Assembly: GCA_002633005.1 (NCBI GenBank)
Contig: NMRA01000034.1
Coordinates: 1,487,540 to 1,551,539, forward strand
Reading direction: 5' to 3'
Origin: Phoronis australis
Lineage: Eukaryota; Animalia; Phoronida
DNA length: 64,000 nucleotides
A program made the position numbers and the translations under genes. This document shows, piece by piece, positions 62,179 to 64,000 of this stretch; position 1 is the stretch's first letter, and every line of letters starts with the position of its first letter. The notes beneath the pieces were generated by a model. The model did not search any database and had not been told where the DNA came from. It saw nothing but the letters and a program-made list of their open reading frames with translations.

Positions 62179-64000
62179 AGGCCTTACCTGGCCGAAAAGA
62201 AAGCTAGTTAGTTCAAAACTGGTTCGAACATCTATGTGACCACAAAACCTCAACGACAGCAGAGCAGCAAAATTTTAGTTCCGGTGAAAATGTAAATTAA
62301 AGCGACAGCTCAGTGCAAATTGAAAATTTTTGTTTGGATCCTTCTCAGAGACACTGGCTCTTGAAGAACTGGTTTCAAAAAGGCACGTGCTTACAAACCC
62401 CCGAACGTTTTGCTGAAAGTCACTGTTCAGAACCTCGTGTCATAAAATTTCTTACTTTTAGCTTTCGAACTAATGGACTTAGGATTTGTGTGGATCTTCG
62501 GATTTATGTTTTTGTGGACTTGCAAAACTTCGGAACCATGAATACCGTGAATTCATAACTTCGACCAACTCTTTCTCACTTCTAGTTTAAAATTGAGGTC
62601 GTATGTTTTCACCACTTGCAATGGGTTGATTTCCGTTTAACCTTATTGTAGATTTTTTAGCGATTTGACCATTCGTCGAACCACTGGACTTTGACGTTGC
62701 AAACAATGACAGTGTACCAAAGTAACACTTACACCAGGGCCAAAAGGTATGGTGCTGTTCAGCTATAAACATCCTAGAAGCTACAAGTTTCGACTGCATG
62801 CGAGCTCTATGAGCCATCAAAACTTTACCGAACACTTGTTTGATTTGGAAAAGCAAAGTGAAAAATCTACTCGCCGGCCATTCAGCCATCTGTCTATGTT
62901 CATATACACTTTTTCACACCTGGTTTCATCACATAAAAGACAAATTCACATTGATAGTAAAACAACTGTATCAATAACAAGATCGAATTTGATTTATTGA
63001 ACTTACTTTAAACACTTGATGGAACTGTGCTCAACTGCTATCTTCAGTTGGTCTCCTACTATCCTTAAAGGTTTCGTCCCTAAACCAAAACCATCTCTAG
63101 TAGGCGGGACAACATAGTTCATGATCAGGCTCTGTCTGACGGTTGTTGGTGGTGTTGCTGTTGGTATTTCATCCAAATCCAACAAGATGCCTGTTCAACT
63201 TCAGTGGCTACGTCGCGTAGAAGAGCCTTCTTTCCTGACACGGAGACGCCAAGAGACCTCGCCATGGTAATGACCGAAATTATTCTATAAGTGATATCAG
63301 AAACACTGTTAATATTCTAAAGTGTGATCATTTCCTTTTCGTTTTGTGGACCGTGTTTAAATCTTAGTATTCGAACATTTTACCTAAATTTGATCATCGA
63401 TTTCTGAGATATAAGCCTTCAAACTTAAAACACCCATAAAATTTAGCAAAAAAACCCAAAACATTGATAGTAAAATGATGGTATCAATATAACATAATCG
63501 AAATATATTTGATAAAAATATTCGGGAAGTGATCGCAAAAACACTGTTGATGTGGTAAACTATGATCAATTCATTTTCGTGTTGTGATAGGTGTTCAAAT
63601 CATAGTATGTGGCATTTGACCTAAATCTGAACAGCTATTTTCGAGGGCATACAGAACCTGAACAAGCAGGACCCTGATCTCTTGACCACTGGCAGTGAAC
63701 GAAAGATGTCACGGGACCACCAACACATAATAACACCAGAGACGGAAATCTAAAATGAGGCCAGGAAGTTGCCTCTTACGTGAGGGCACGCTCATGAGAT
63801 GCGGTCTTACCCGATACATAGGGAACGATAGAGTTATATAACTTTCATTACTGAATGTAATTTGGTCTCGCTGACACGTGCAGTTACAGCTCTCCACCTG
63901 TGACAACTATGTTATGTCCAGATTATTGTAATAAGATTTAAGTGTTTACTGTATTTTTGTTGTACTTTAGGTTGAACTCATGTTTTAGTATTTGGGAGGT

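Larger units (their letters stand above)
52500..64000. repeat. Decayed ~2-kb macro-repeat array (blocks A-B-C-D), interrupted by HINEs
   Basis: Block C (ttgtttgatttggaaaag..atgtacactgtttcacacctg) at ~55980, 57930, 60770, 62840. Block A at ~52900, 56880, 61740. Block B at ~57410, 62330 and inverted at ~53660-53800. Block D at ~52510, 56260-56550, 63630-63910. Confidence 0.8.

Overview
AT-rich eukaryotic (animal, non-vertebrate; probably lophotrochozoan or mollusc-like, by inference) genomic DNA with two convergent spliced genes. (1) The 3' part of a HEATR4-like HEAT-repeat gene on + (12 exons reconstructed with consistent GT-AG phases, 63..14882, ~913 aa, 5' end outside the window). One exon appears twice in a ~690-bp tandem duplication joined by a single N, most likely a haplotype-overlap assembly artefact. 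(2) A glass (gl) five-finger C2H2 transcription factor on - (coding exons 32064..31913 and 23768..22841, 359 aa). The rest, including ~32 kb upstream of glass, has no other recognisable intact gene and is filled with repeats: LINE and Penelope remnants, tRNA-derived SINEs, several MITEs, a THAP-domain DNA transposon split by a nested insertion, nested Helentron/HINE-type elements, a decayed ~2-kb macro-repeat, and a ~175-bp tandem array whose hairpin loops occur in both orientations. All family assignments come from manual motif recognition; no database searches were run.
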